Source: Lingula anatina (lineage: Eukaryota > Animalia > Brachiopoda). Taken from it: a stretch of 64,000 nt of DNA. The stretch covers positions 21,638,001-21,702,000 of the forward strand of contig CM120646.1 of NCBI GenBank assembly GCA_051362555.1. Direction: 5' to 3'. Positions 1 through 12,600 of the stretch are shown here, one piece after another (position 1 is the first letter of the stretch; each line of letters begins with the position of its first letter). Made by a program: the position numbers and the translations under genes. The notes below the pieces were generated by a model that was not told where the DNA came from, ran no database searches, and worked only from the letters and a program-made list of their open reading frames with translations.

Positions 1-2247
1 ATTTTCACCAATCTTTGAAACAAGAATCGGTGCGCTTCGTAGATAAATTGCAAATAATAGAAAGTTACCTTCTCAACGATCCTTGCCCCAAGCGAACCAT
101 GTTCGTTGATCCCGGCGACATTGCAGACTTGTTTGAAGAAAGTATACCTGAGACGCCATTCACACCATCCCGCCAGAGTTTCTCGATTCATCAACCACAG
201 CCCAGCCCCAATATACAGGAATACATGGCCAAATGTTTGGACCACTACGTAGAAAGGGTAAAAACCAATCAATCAACTCTTCTGGACCGCCTTTCCCGTC
301 ACGCCCTTCAGGGCTGTCGGAACGAAATCAACATCACCTACCAACCAATCCTGCAGTGGATAGATGGGAACCTTGAAATTTTACGTCGTCTCAAGCAGGA
401 CGAAACTTTCACCGCAAGCACCGCCAAACTGCAAGAAGAGCGAACAAAGCTAGAAAGTTTAAGTCGACAGATTCAGACTTTCTATATAGGCCAAGTGTGG
501 CAACATGAATTTCAAGCTACGGACATTGCCGACTGGCCTAATTTACTGTACACCACTAACCCGGTATCTGACGGAGGGTATAGGAAGGTTTACCGAGCCG
601 ATATCGTAAAACCTAACAACACAACCTACCCTGTGGTGATCAAAGTGGTGAAGGAGGCACTGGACGTCGATAGTCGTCTGCCAAATGACCTTGACATTTA
701 TGAAGAATGTGAAAGAATGAGGTAGTGTACATTGAATCTTTCCGTGTTGACTATACCTGTGAACGTCCTCCATTAAATGTGTCGCATGTTAATTGTCAGT
801 TTAAACAGATCTTATGAAATTGGCACTCCATATTTATAGAACCACATTGCTTTTGTAGTTAATTTATTGAATGGCAATAATCAGCCATGCAATTATTACT
901 TTAGACAGCTGACCAGAGCTGGATGTCCAAACTTTGTCCAGTATTATGGTTCGGCCAAATACATCACCGGTGACCTCTACTATTTAATCCTGGTCATGGA
1001 ATGGTGTAACCAGGGGTCACTACGTAACGTCATCACTAACGATTCCAATTTGCTTCCAGGGACTATGCAAGGTTTTATCGTTTTTATTATATTATGCAAA
1101 GTTTTATGTTTTTTTTAATTATTTTTTATTATTATTACCAATTAAAAGATGTGGGTTGGAAATGAATAATGTGAAATTTGCTTGGTTATGATTATTTTAA
1201 AAAAACACAATGCCTATATGCTTAACTGTTAAGTGCTTTACTGATGGTAAAAATTGCTCCTTGACTTTACTATAACGTCTTTGTTAAAGAACTATTAATC
1301 GATTACTCTATCCAGTATAATTTGTCCTGGCTTATAAAATTTAACATCACATATTTTGGGTCATTACATTTGAAGGTGTGGGGAACAAGGAACGCTTAGC
1401 CGGCATCCGGTACGCGGCGGATTACGCGATACAGGCAGCTACCGCTATCCAATACTTACATGATGTTGGACTTGCCCATCGAGATATCAAAGCTGAAAAC
1501 TTTTTGGTACGATTCATAACATCTGTTTTTTTTTAAAGATTTATGTGGTACATTCTTTACACGTTTATTAATTAGTGTACACTTGTTGCTCTGTTGAGTT
1601 TACGTTAGTTTGACTAGTGCATGCTTCTTCATGAATATGATGAAAATACAACAACAACAACAAAAATACAAAATTTAAAAACAGGTATAAAAGTTACAAT
1701 TGTCTTTTGTTTACAAAAAGTAGTTAAAATAATTATGTGGGTTCGATCTAAAACAATAATTATTACTATACAATAAATAGCTTATTGTTTACAGATCACG
1801 GAGATTAAGAACAGAAAAGTTGTAAAAATCTGCGACGTTGGTGAAGCAAAGAGAGATACCGTCTTGCGTACAGGAAAGACAGGTACTGTCCTCTACTGGG
1901 CACCAGAATTGTGGTCTGGCGGCAGTGGCTGCGTGAGATATAACAAGAGTTGTGACATCTACAGCTTCGGGCTCTTGCTCTGGGAGCTCTGGTATGGCAG
2001 GCGAGTGTATTACACTGGTGGCGGTGATACTTTTAACGAGGAAAGATTCAGGGTTGCCGTGGTTGAACGGGGCTGGAGACCCGATTGCAACGGGCATCTT
2101 CGGCCTGTAGCAAGGTGGCTTTCTCTCATGCGGAGATGCTGGGATGCCAAAAGTGACAACCGTCCCAGAGCGGAAGATATCGTGAAAAAATTTGCAGTAA
2201 TAAATAAATTGGCCCTTCGTGACATAGAGATGGAATATACTCAGTAG
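1..2247 (+). CDS. Dynamin-like GTPase/protein kinase fusion gene, copy 1 (3' part only: helical region and kinase domain)
   Basis: Exons <1-721, 905-1071, 1376-1506, 1795-2247 join in frame with GT-AG introns. Kinase motifs: SDGGYRKV (G-loop), VVIK, HRDIKAEN, DVG, YWAPE, DIYSFG. Near-identical to 11433-13810. Confidence 0.9.
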
Positions 2248-2932
2248 TGTATACAGTTAAGGTGATGGCGTCTATGCAGATTAAGAGTATCCTTTGAAGT
2301 CCTATACAGGTTATTGCATGTGGTGTTTTTTATGCTGTAAAACTAACATTTACTTTGATGTGATGGAAACACATATTTGGCCATAACTGATGACCAATTA
2401 TACGCACTCGTATCAACTTTTCTGATGCAAAACACATTACATGAATATCATTACATATTAACTGGGAATACCATACCATCAGGACAAAAATCATGCAGTG
2501 TTGAGCACTTTTTAAAATTTTTTCACGTTTTTTTTTTCATGCTGGAATTCCGAAATTTATCAGTTTTGCAAGTACTTGTTAATGGAATGATTAAGGACAT
2601 GCATACATTATCTTATAACAACAGGTCCTAGCTATGAACTATAGGTGTACTGACTTACTGGCGTTACAATAACTGAGTGAAATTGCAGACCCAGGGCACT
2701 GTGGACAACAAAATTATAAAAATCAAAAACTAATTTAAAAAAGTAATATTTTAATAAACCTGTCTTTTTTATTATAATGTCTGTTTTTATGATCTGTGGG
2801 TAATGTTAGCACAAGGACAACGATTTGCTTATTGTCACCTAGCTATTCATGAGAATAGTTATAAATCAGGATTGTCATTTAAGTTTGACATATATGATCC
2901 TGTTTGATAAAGGTCTGTCCAACACATCTGTA

Positions 2933-3040
2933 CCCAGCAAACACGTCACGTAGGTACCACGTGGTTAATCCGTGGCTATGACGTTATAATGTGGTAGCAA
3001 CGTCCTAGCCACGTGATACGAACGTGGCATGTTTGCTGGG
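2933..3040. mobile_element. Short MITE with CCCAGCAAACA termini
   Basis: cccagcaaacacgtcacgt ... acgtggcatgtttgctggg inverted termini, flanked by TA on both sides. The element at 19724-19823 has related termini. Confidence 0.7.
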
Positions 3041-3496
3041 TAACCATTCGAAAAATGATAGATGAAAAAACAAACAAACGAATCCGATTTCCTCAGAATT
3101 AAATTTTAGACATTACTAATATACCTGTCCAAAATGGAGCGCGGAACAAGAACAATTAAACAAACGAGATAATTTTATGTTCCACAATTAAACATTGTGT
3201 TCTGGGAAAGTCAGCATAGAAATAAAGTAACACTTTGTGTTTCCGTTATCATGGTGCAAATAGAAACTAAACAGACACGTGCACTGACATTTTTGACCGT
3301 TATCAACTGTGGAACTTTATCAACAATGACCCGTCGATCATGAGGTTTGCTTGTCGCTTTCTATTCACTGGAATTCGTCATTCTTGGAATTATAAATTAT
3401 TGGGGGTTAATACATTATAATGCCTGGAAGGGAGAGCGCTCCTAGCACTGCCAGAGAACTCATATAAAACATCCCCTGTGGAAATTTGTCTCATTT

Positions 3497-3701
3497 AACG
3501 CTAACTTACGGTTCTCAATCTGTCCTAGAACACAATGGTTTTCTCTTTTAATGAAAAATGTTCTTAATCTGTTCTAGGACATTCTGAGGGACTTCCCAGA
3601 AACAGTTCTCGAACTGTTACATTTATTACAGATCAACATTAGAACTGATTAAAAAATACATCAAATGATCTAGAATAGATTGAGAACCGTAAGTGAACGT
3701 T
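3497..3701. repeat. Inverted repeat, probable MITE remnant
   Basis: acttacggttctcaatctgtcctaga near 3504 pairs with tctagaatagattgagaaccgtaagt ending at 3694; internal gttct/agaac motifs. Confidence 0.55.
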
Positions 3702-5554
3702 CCTATAAACTTACCAAATAAAAGTGAGGAATATTGTGTAGCCATTAAGGTGATAGACTTTATTTATAATGTAACTGAGCACCGAAGTTTCCCACTGATA
3801 TTTGCAGTAAAACTTTATCAAGAATGACTCGCCGATCACGCGATTTGCTTATCGCTATCTGTGTGACTAACTTATAAGCGTTTGAATGAGACTTTCTCGG
3901 AACAATGTATTTGAGTCCAATACACAATAACAGTATCACGCTGTAGCGGTAGATAGAAAGGTACCTTTTAATACAAGACCCAAAAGGTAGGAATTTTATT
4001 GTTTGAAATGCAGGTTGTTATTTATTTTAAAGAGCGTGTAAAGGAAAAATTATTACCTCACATTAAACGGACATGTCACCACGGTCCCTGCGTAATTATA
4101 TTAACATTCAGTGCAAGATACGTATATGTGTCGCAACGTTTTGAAAGATTGACGGCTTAATAACCAGGGTATTGCATACGAAAGACATCTATTTATCTGG
4201 GGCGAGAACCTCCCGATTGACACGACCCGTAAACAGGATTCACTTTGATCGGACTAAGCAGTGAATCTGTGACAAGGAGCACTTCCTCTCTGTCCCTGTA
4301 GCACAACATTGTGTTAGAATCCGTAGTCAAAACGAAGCAATACAGATTAATAAAACCCATCGAGGGATAGGGACCCAACACTTCCAAAAGTGAACCGGTG
4401 GATGTCGAGACGCGGTTAAATTTAATAATTCTGATGTGCCAAAATATATGAGGAGGGAATATTTAATTAAATCAACTTTAAAATACTATTTTCTTCATTC
4501 TGATTTTATACGCATGCATTCCTGTATATGTGCGACATTCGTCAACCTAGTTTGATACCATTATCAATATTATCGCACTGATCCTGTTAAGACAAAACCA
4601 CAGAACACTGTAAATACTTATCATACTTCAGTTTTCCTTATTATTTACACATTTTATTTTGTACAGGTGGAGTATTTCTTTTATTTACTTTTTTGAAGAC
4701 TAGTACATGTAAATGTACTTCGTGTCATACATTGTATACCGGTACACGTACCCGTTAGCCCCAAACAATGTCTCCACCGGAAGAATATTGAAGAGGACTG
4801 CCGGTTGTAGATAAGATTAGCACAAGTAAATAGATAATGAGGAATTTTACGAACAACATCGACTGGTTGAAATACGGGACAATACCTATAGTTACAAGCG
4901 TGTTTTCCTTACTTCGAACATCTTTTGGAGTATTAGGGTACCCCCCCCCCCACCGGACAATCCCCCTCCAACTCCCCCTCCTGTAAGAATATCATACTGA
5001 GAATGAAAAGTGTGATATTTTATCAAAATATATGTCTAGGTAGAGGTACCCTGAGTGTCAGAGCAACGTAAAAGCTAGTTTGTTAAATATACCTTGTGAT
5101 GGAGTCGCTTTTACTAGGTATTGTTGATATGGGTTATATATGAAATCAAGATCGAGCTGGCAATACCGGAATCTAGAACCTAGGGTAGGTAGAGGTGGGG
5201 TAAACAGATAATCTCACTCATCTAGGTACAAAAATGCATCCCTTAAATGAACTTACTACAAGTTTCAATTGTTGCACCACTAACCCTGACATAAAAACAA
5301 TGGTATTCGAAACTTGTTTTCTGTTTCTAGTTCTATTAGAATTTTTACGTAACCTGTGACTAGAAAAACTGACAAATAGTGAATGAAATGCAGATAAAAT
5401 GACATCTGTTTGCTCTTAGAAAATTGATAAAACGGTAGTATTTGTTTGATTAAAAATGTAATGGCAAATTTCCAAATTTCCATCTATATCATCTAATAAT
5501 TAAAGGTTAACTCTCAGGTTTGTTCAAGCACGTAAGTGAGCTTCCTGAATCTTA

Positions 5555-5769
5555 GAGTGCATTTTCATAGATTTAGATCGATCCATCTAGATCGACCTAA
5601 CTCCCTGGGGGTTCACGCTAAATTGATGTCAACCGAGCGCGCACGGTTATTATTTACCCCCTTACAGCTTTTAGTAGGCGGGACAAACGCTTAAGCCGGC
5701 TAAGCTAACAGTAATCTAGTGAGACTCCCCACAGGGATAGATCAATCTAAAATCTGTGGGAATGGGGTC
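5555..5769. mobile_element. MITE family 1 (PIF/Harbinger-like, 3-bp TTA target duplication)
   Basis: Imperfect TIRs (..catt..catagatttagatc / gatcaatctaaaatctgtgggaatggggtc) with TTA on both sides. Homologous in reverse orientation to 9618-9831 and 41072-41296. Confidence 0.8.
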
Positions 5770-6680
5770 TTATAATTAATAACCAATCCATTGATTTTTC
5801 ATTTTTATTTCATTTTCTGTGTTCTTTTTTCTCCAGAAAATGTATAAATGTCTCAAATAGATAATTCAAAAGCAGTGTATTTCCTTTTCTGGGAGAGGTG
5901 GGGGTGTCCGGGAGTATTTTCAGGGGGGTCGTCTTTGGGGGGTGTCTAGGGAAATTGTCGAGATGACAAAAGAAATTTAAAGTTTTAGAAAACCTTATTG
6001 TATCAATAAAACAGTATTTTTCTTCTTCAAAATTTTAAAAATTGTCATTCAGCACAATAAACGTTTCATTGACGTAAGATGATCTGTTTATTTGAATTAT
6101 TCATAGTAAAGGGTTAAAAGACGACAAGACAACCCGAAAGTCAATCTCTCTTGGTCGGATTTATAAAATAAACATATACTTGGACCAAGCACAATTGCTT
6201 GACTTGCTGATACAGTGTACTTGTACAATGTGTGTACCGTAGTTACTTATTGACCACAGTGAACAGTACCATGTGCTAACATCTGAAGTAGGTGATAAAG
6301 CGGTATCTTATTTGTCGGGTCAAATGTCAAATGGGCCATTTAAATAACCAATTCAAAGACAATGTGAGTATTAATTAGGTTAAGCAGGCATTGTGCTAAA
6401 AAATGTTCATCAAACGTGTCACTAATTTCATTTCTGCTGTAACTGGCGGTAGCAAATATCGCGAGCTGAAAAAAGTCACAATGAGTGAGTTTCTTCCATC
6501 AACAATTGATTGAAAATAACACATTGTTACACATTAAAATCAAGCCCCTGCTCAAAGCGATCCTTTTGTTTGATGTGGTCCATGTTCTACTTTCATATCG
6601 TTGCAGATATGTACAACTAGTATAGTGGCCCCTTTAAATTTGCTGGGCGCTTGTCAAGCTACATGTTACATGCGGCAGCC

Positions 6681-9600
6681 ATGGAGCTGAGTCTCGTGGT
6701 TGCCTTCTTGGCCGTCCCTCTGGTACTTTTCTGGTCTCTCTACCTGCTATATTCCAAACTGAGCCGCACTTGGGAGAAGCTCTGCAGTCAGTTTGATGGT
6801 GCGTATCGCATGGGGTTGCAATCGTCCACAAAACAGGTAAGTATTGCAGTTTTCATCTAATTCGTTTGTACTCAGCGGGATATAAACCATTTATTGTATA
6901 ATTACTTTCAACGAGAAACACACACACAAACGCCAACGCAAACAACTTTGTTGTAAATTTCACTGGGTTGATATGTGTCCAGATGACAGTACAAAACAAC
7001 ATGGTAGTGTAGGAACATCCATTAGCCCTTTCCATCTCCTCTCTCTCTTTTTCGTCTTATACCAATGTTCCCATTCATATTCAATTAAAAATCCTTTATA
7101 TTATGATCCCAATTCCAATTTCTTGCTCGTGTCTCATCAAATTTTATTATTATACCCAAATCGTACTTCTGCCGTAATATTTTTCTTTTAAGGTACATTT
7201 GCAGAATTCCCCCAAATTATAGCTCTTTAATTTTTATTGTTTATCAAACTTATATCTTGTGGTGATTTTGATCAATATCGCTGCCACTCAAATGAATTAG
7301 TTTGGAAATTCACCGATTAATAGTTTATATTTTCATTAAGCCTTCAAGATGTTAGGCAATGCGAGTTTTCACCCATCCATTTATCTCGGCTCTCATAATA
7401 TTTGGGTGACATACACTTTCATGTGAAAACATCCATTCATTAATAAACCAACTGCTTATCTAATTTATTTGAATAGCAAAAAATATTGTTAAAAGTTACG
7501 ACACAACTTATTTAGAAAATGTATTGAAAATCAAAGGTTAAATGGCATAAACTATTTTGTTCTATAGAAACCACCCGGAGCAATCAGTGCACCTAATAAC
7601 TATCTCCAGAGAACGTTAAACGACCAAAGACAAGTGGTACATTCTTGTAGAAATTTCTACGTGGAAGCCGATAGAATGTTTCAGACTTTCCAAGAGAGCA
7701 CTCGCTATAATCTGAACTGTCTGCGCACGAAGTATCGAAGACGAATCAGAACAATGATGGGAGACTTGCGACAAGGCGAATTCAAAATTTTGGTCGCAGG
7801 AACAAGTGTTTAGTGGTATATCTGGCACGGAATCTGACAGACAACGACAGTTGTTTGGTAGTTATATAGTAGTTCATTTTCCTAAAACGAATCTGAAAAA
7901 AAAAAAAAAAGCACCGAAAATGCAGCAAATTCAATTCAAATTAATTATAAATATCAAATTTTGTGAGAGTTGTATTTTCATTGCCAAGCAGTTGAATTGT
8001 CAACCAAAAGGGATTAAAATTTTAATTGACATAATATTTTTTCTAGGAGAACTGTCAGCTGGAAAAAGTAGTTTTCTCAATGCTTTAATGGGGGAAGACA
8101 TTTTACCGGAAGCCTACCAGAAAAGTACGCGAATGTTTTGTGAAATAAGCCACCACCCCATCGAGAAGGCGGCGTTCATCTTGCGTCCGGGTGGCGGTCA
8201 GGCGGTGACATTAGATCTCAGCAAGGAGGAAGACAGATCGGCGTTCCAAGATTACGTGCAAGGAATAAAGATCAATAACGAGCCGCCATTCATGCCGTTT
8301 GAAAAGGCAAAAATTAAATATCCTCTACCCATACTTATGGTAATAATTTTTTTACGTTATTTGGAGTTCGAATCCCCCCCCCCCCCTTTTTTTTTGTAAT
8401 CATGTTCCGACCACTTTAAAGGAGCACCCGATGGATCGATACATCTATTAAAACACATTCAATTTAATCAGCTTAATTGTCTATCCCCCTAGCTGCTCGA
8501 GGAGGCGTGTCAGATAATTAAGTTGATTATCTTGAATGCAATCTACGCAATACTACAGTCTGCATAATCTGAATACCTATAGATAGTGCGTATGTCTTAT
8601 TTTTATTTTCATTCTTATTATTAGGGTAAAACCCGTGAAAACCAACCTCAACATGATGAGGCAGCAGATGAAAACGATGAAAACGGGGTAAATCACTTTA
8701 TAATAGATGCTGACTGTAAATTGAATTTGTTTTTCCCTAAAAGGTAACAATATAATTTGTTGTTGACGCCAAAATATGAAAAAACATTTTGTGACTTCAT
8801 TTGGCTGTGTTTGTCATGGTAACATTATACAGTCAAAAAACCGTCTGTTAACAGGGATATTTGTTAAACGGGTAATTGTAACTTTGATAAGGAATTAGAT
8901 TGGAATGTCTCCAAGGATCAATTTTATTGGCGGTCAGTATATTTACATGTAAGATATATAATTATTTTGTTTACCAGTTTACTTTCCTTAATGTTATGTA
9001 AAGTTCTTTGGTTTGAACTAACCGGTTATGGAGATAAAAAAAAAAAATTATGTGATCTCCTTTAAAATATTAGGCCTGTGTTTTTACATCACAAAACTTG
9101 CCATGATCTCTGTTCTGTCTAAATAAGTAAATGCCATAGATCATAGCACTCTTGAACCTACATTTTAGAAAGGGGAACTGGTCGCCGTCGCCTTCGTTGA
9201 CAGCCCTGGTTTTCAAGTCGCTGAAGATGTGAAGACATTTCACAGGCTTGCTGAATACACTCTCGGCTGTTTCGCTTTCATTTACGTTGTCAACATGGCT
9301 ATTCCACACGGCGTGGCTAAGAAGGGAGTACGTATGGTTAATAAATTCTAAATAATAAACAAATATTTTATGTTAGTCACTTCGGTTGGCCAAGCACATT
9401 GTGCTACAGTGTGGTGTATATTTCCATATTTGGAGTTTCGCAAATCTCATATCTGATTTTCATTCTTTAATTTACGTATTACTAATAACTACATTTTACA
9501 CTGCGAATACGTGTGCCGTTTTATTTTATAAGTTGAACTCGTGTCAGTCTGCCTCTAACGATCCCCTTTTCATCCCTAGTAAATACATATGGACCAGGAA

Positions 9601-12600
9601 AATAATCGCAAGTTTAAAGGCGCATTCCCATAGATTTTAGATCAATCTATTCCTGTGGGGAGTCTCACTAAATTACTGTCAGATGATCAGGCTTAAATGG
9701 CCGTCCCGCCTACTACAAGCTGTAAAGGGGTATATACCTTTCGTGCCCGCTCGGCTGACATCTATTTAGCGTGAACCCCCAGGGAGTTAGGTCGATCTAG
9801 TTTTATCGATCTAATCTCTGGGAATGGGGTCTAATTCACGAAGAGTAATATGGTCTGCAGCAGAGATCACTCACTGTGAAACCTTTTCATGGAACTGAGA
9901 ATTATTTTGTTCCATTGTTTCATTACGTATATACACTAATATCTATTGTAGTGAAATAAATCATAGTTTGTATGTATGGTGAACTTGTCTTTCAGCTGGC
10001 CAAACTCATGCGTAAGGTGTCAGGTATGGGGGTTCACAACCGCGCTCGGCTGTTCAATCCAAAATCAGCTATATTTATCTGCAACAAATGGGACGTCGTC
10101 CCGGAGGCAGAAGAGGACACCGTTTCTAAGGACACCTTTGAGAGGTTACAAGATTCTTGGCCAGGTTTACAAGCAAGCCGTGTATTTCATGTTTCAATGA
10201 AACAGGTATGATTATAATTGGCAGCAGAGCATAGATAGGAAAACAAGAACCCACAGAAACGATAATAATAAATTTCTCAGTTTGAGTTCAATCGAGTGCA
10301 TGCATTGGTAACTTTTTCTTTTTTGCCAACCGATCAATTTTGAAGTTGTGTAGATCAAACAAAGCAGTCATAACTTTCTGTGTGGTACACTTGATATCAT
10401 TAAGAACATTCAACTGATCATTGCATAGACACAGAATGCTATGTTTCGTTTATATCATATAGGTGAAAGAAGCTCACGGACGGGGTAAACAACACGAAGT
10501 ATTCATGGATGTCGTTAAATCAATTGCTGACCTTCTTCCAAATGCTGTTCTCTTCCAAATAGAACACTACTGTCAGTAAGTTCCAATTAAGTGAAAGTGC
10601 TAGAAAAAGAAATAAAATGTAAAACTATTAGATTAAATCATAGCATTCTTTGATAAATATGATTCCCTTTTTCAGAAATTTGCTATTGGCGTGACAATTG
10701 TCTTAAATAGGCCTTATTTTTATATTAAATGTTTTTTAGCACATGCCACAATTATGGCAGCCTCTAAGGGTGGCATTAATCAGGCTTGATATAGCTTAAG
10801 AATATAATATATAATATGATCAAGACAACGGCTCAGCCGACTAAAGAACTACCAGCCCATTCTTTAGAGTCACATTGTCCAAACTGATGAACAATGGCCA
10901 AAAAATCTTCAAAATCATGCTTTATTTTGCATATTTGTTTTATATTTCCTTACTTATACAGTGTGTATCACGTTTATATAATTATCTCAAAACTTTCAAA
11001 AGTGTAATGCTACTTTTTAGGTGGTTAAAACATGTTCTTGATGACGGCATATATGTATGTTCTGTTGGGATTAATATGAAGAGACTTTACAACGAACCTG
11101 ATGTGCGTTCACGCAGGATACACGAAATAAGCAAAAGGTTTCAAAACCTACAAGAAGAGGTTAATAAGTCACAAAAAATTAAAGAAGGGGCTTTGAAACA
11201 GCTACAGTCGATTTTGGTTGCTGAATTCCGCGGTGCTTTAGAAGCGGACACGGAGGAAGCACATGCCTTAAATGTATGGTCTGAGGCAGCGTGTCCTCTC
11301 CCCCCGGGACCAGGGCGTACGTGGGATACTGTAAAACAGGAAATCAATGCCAAGTTACAGATACGACTGGTGGAATATCTGCACCCAGCCAACAACGAAA
11401 GATATTGCGAAAAGATCGAGAACCTCAAGGAAGATTTCCACCAATCTTTGAAACAAGAATCGGTGCGCTTCGTAGATAAATTGCAGAAAATAGAAAGTTA
11501 CCTTCTCAACGATCCTTGCCCCAAGCGAACCATGTTTGTTGACCCCAGTGACATTGCAGACTTGTTTGAAGAGAACATACCCGAGACGCCATTCACACCA
11601 TCCCTCCAGAGTTTGTCGCTTCATCAACCACAGCCCGACCCCAATATGCAGGAATACATGGCCAAATGTTTGGACAACTACGTAGAAAGGGTAAAAACCA
11701 ATCAATCCACTCTTCTGGACCGCCTTTCCCGTCACGTCCTGCAGGGCTGTCGGAAGGAAATCAACATCACCTACCAACCAATCCTGCAGTGGATAGATGG
11801 GAACCTTGAAATTTTACGTCGTCTCAAGCAGGACGAAACTTTCACCGAAAGCACCGCCAAACTGCAAGAAGAGCGAACAAAGCTAGAAAGTTTAAGTCGA
11901 CAGATTCAGACTTTCTATATAGGCCAGGTGTGGCAACATGAGTTTCAAGCTACTGACATTGCTGACTGGCCAAATTTACTGTACACCACTAACCCGGTAT
12001 CTGACGGAGGGTATAGGAAGGTTTACCGAGCCGATATCCTACAACCCGACAACACCACCTACCCCGTGGTGATCAAAGTGGTGAAGGAGGCGCTGGGCGT
12101 CGATGGTCGTCTGCCAAATGATCTTGACATTTATGAAGAATGCGAAAGAATGAGGTAGTGTATATTCAGTCTCTCCGTGAAGACTATACCTGTGAACGTC
12201 CTACATTAAATTTGTCAAAAATAATCAATTTGAGAGAGAAGTACATGTACACGCATTTTAATTTTCAGTTTAACGGTGCATTCAGCAACCTGCGTAAAAT
12301 ACTTGACTGCAAAGCATTATGCATGTCTTAAAATTCCCATAAAGGCCTACTTTTCTTTTGACAACTGATCTCCTGCAGTTTAAACAGATCTTATGAACTT
12401 GGCATTACATGTATTTAGAACGACATTGCTTTTGTAGTTAATTTATTGAAAAGACAATAATCAGCCATGCAATTATTACTTTAGACAGCTGACCAGAGCT
12501 GGATGTCCAAACTTTGTCCAGTATTATGGTTCGGCCAAATACATCACCGGTGACCTCTACTATTTAATCCTGGTCATGGAATGGTGTAACCAGGGATCAC

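Noticed and set aside
3588-3597. GGGACTTCCC NF-kB-like site upstream of GTPase-kinase copy 2
   Set aside because: A single 10-mer inside a probable MITE remnant about 3 kb from the start codon; a chance match is plausible.
7806-8046. First 80 codons of the 197-aa ORF
   Set aside because: Intronic read-through containing a poly-A run; coding homology begins at 8047.
10875-11020. Hydrophobic N-terminus of the 427-aa ORF as a signal or TM segment
   Set aside because: It is intronic; the acceptor is at 11020 (tttttag|G) and matches the phase of the previous exon.
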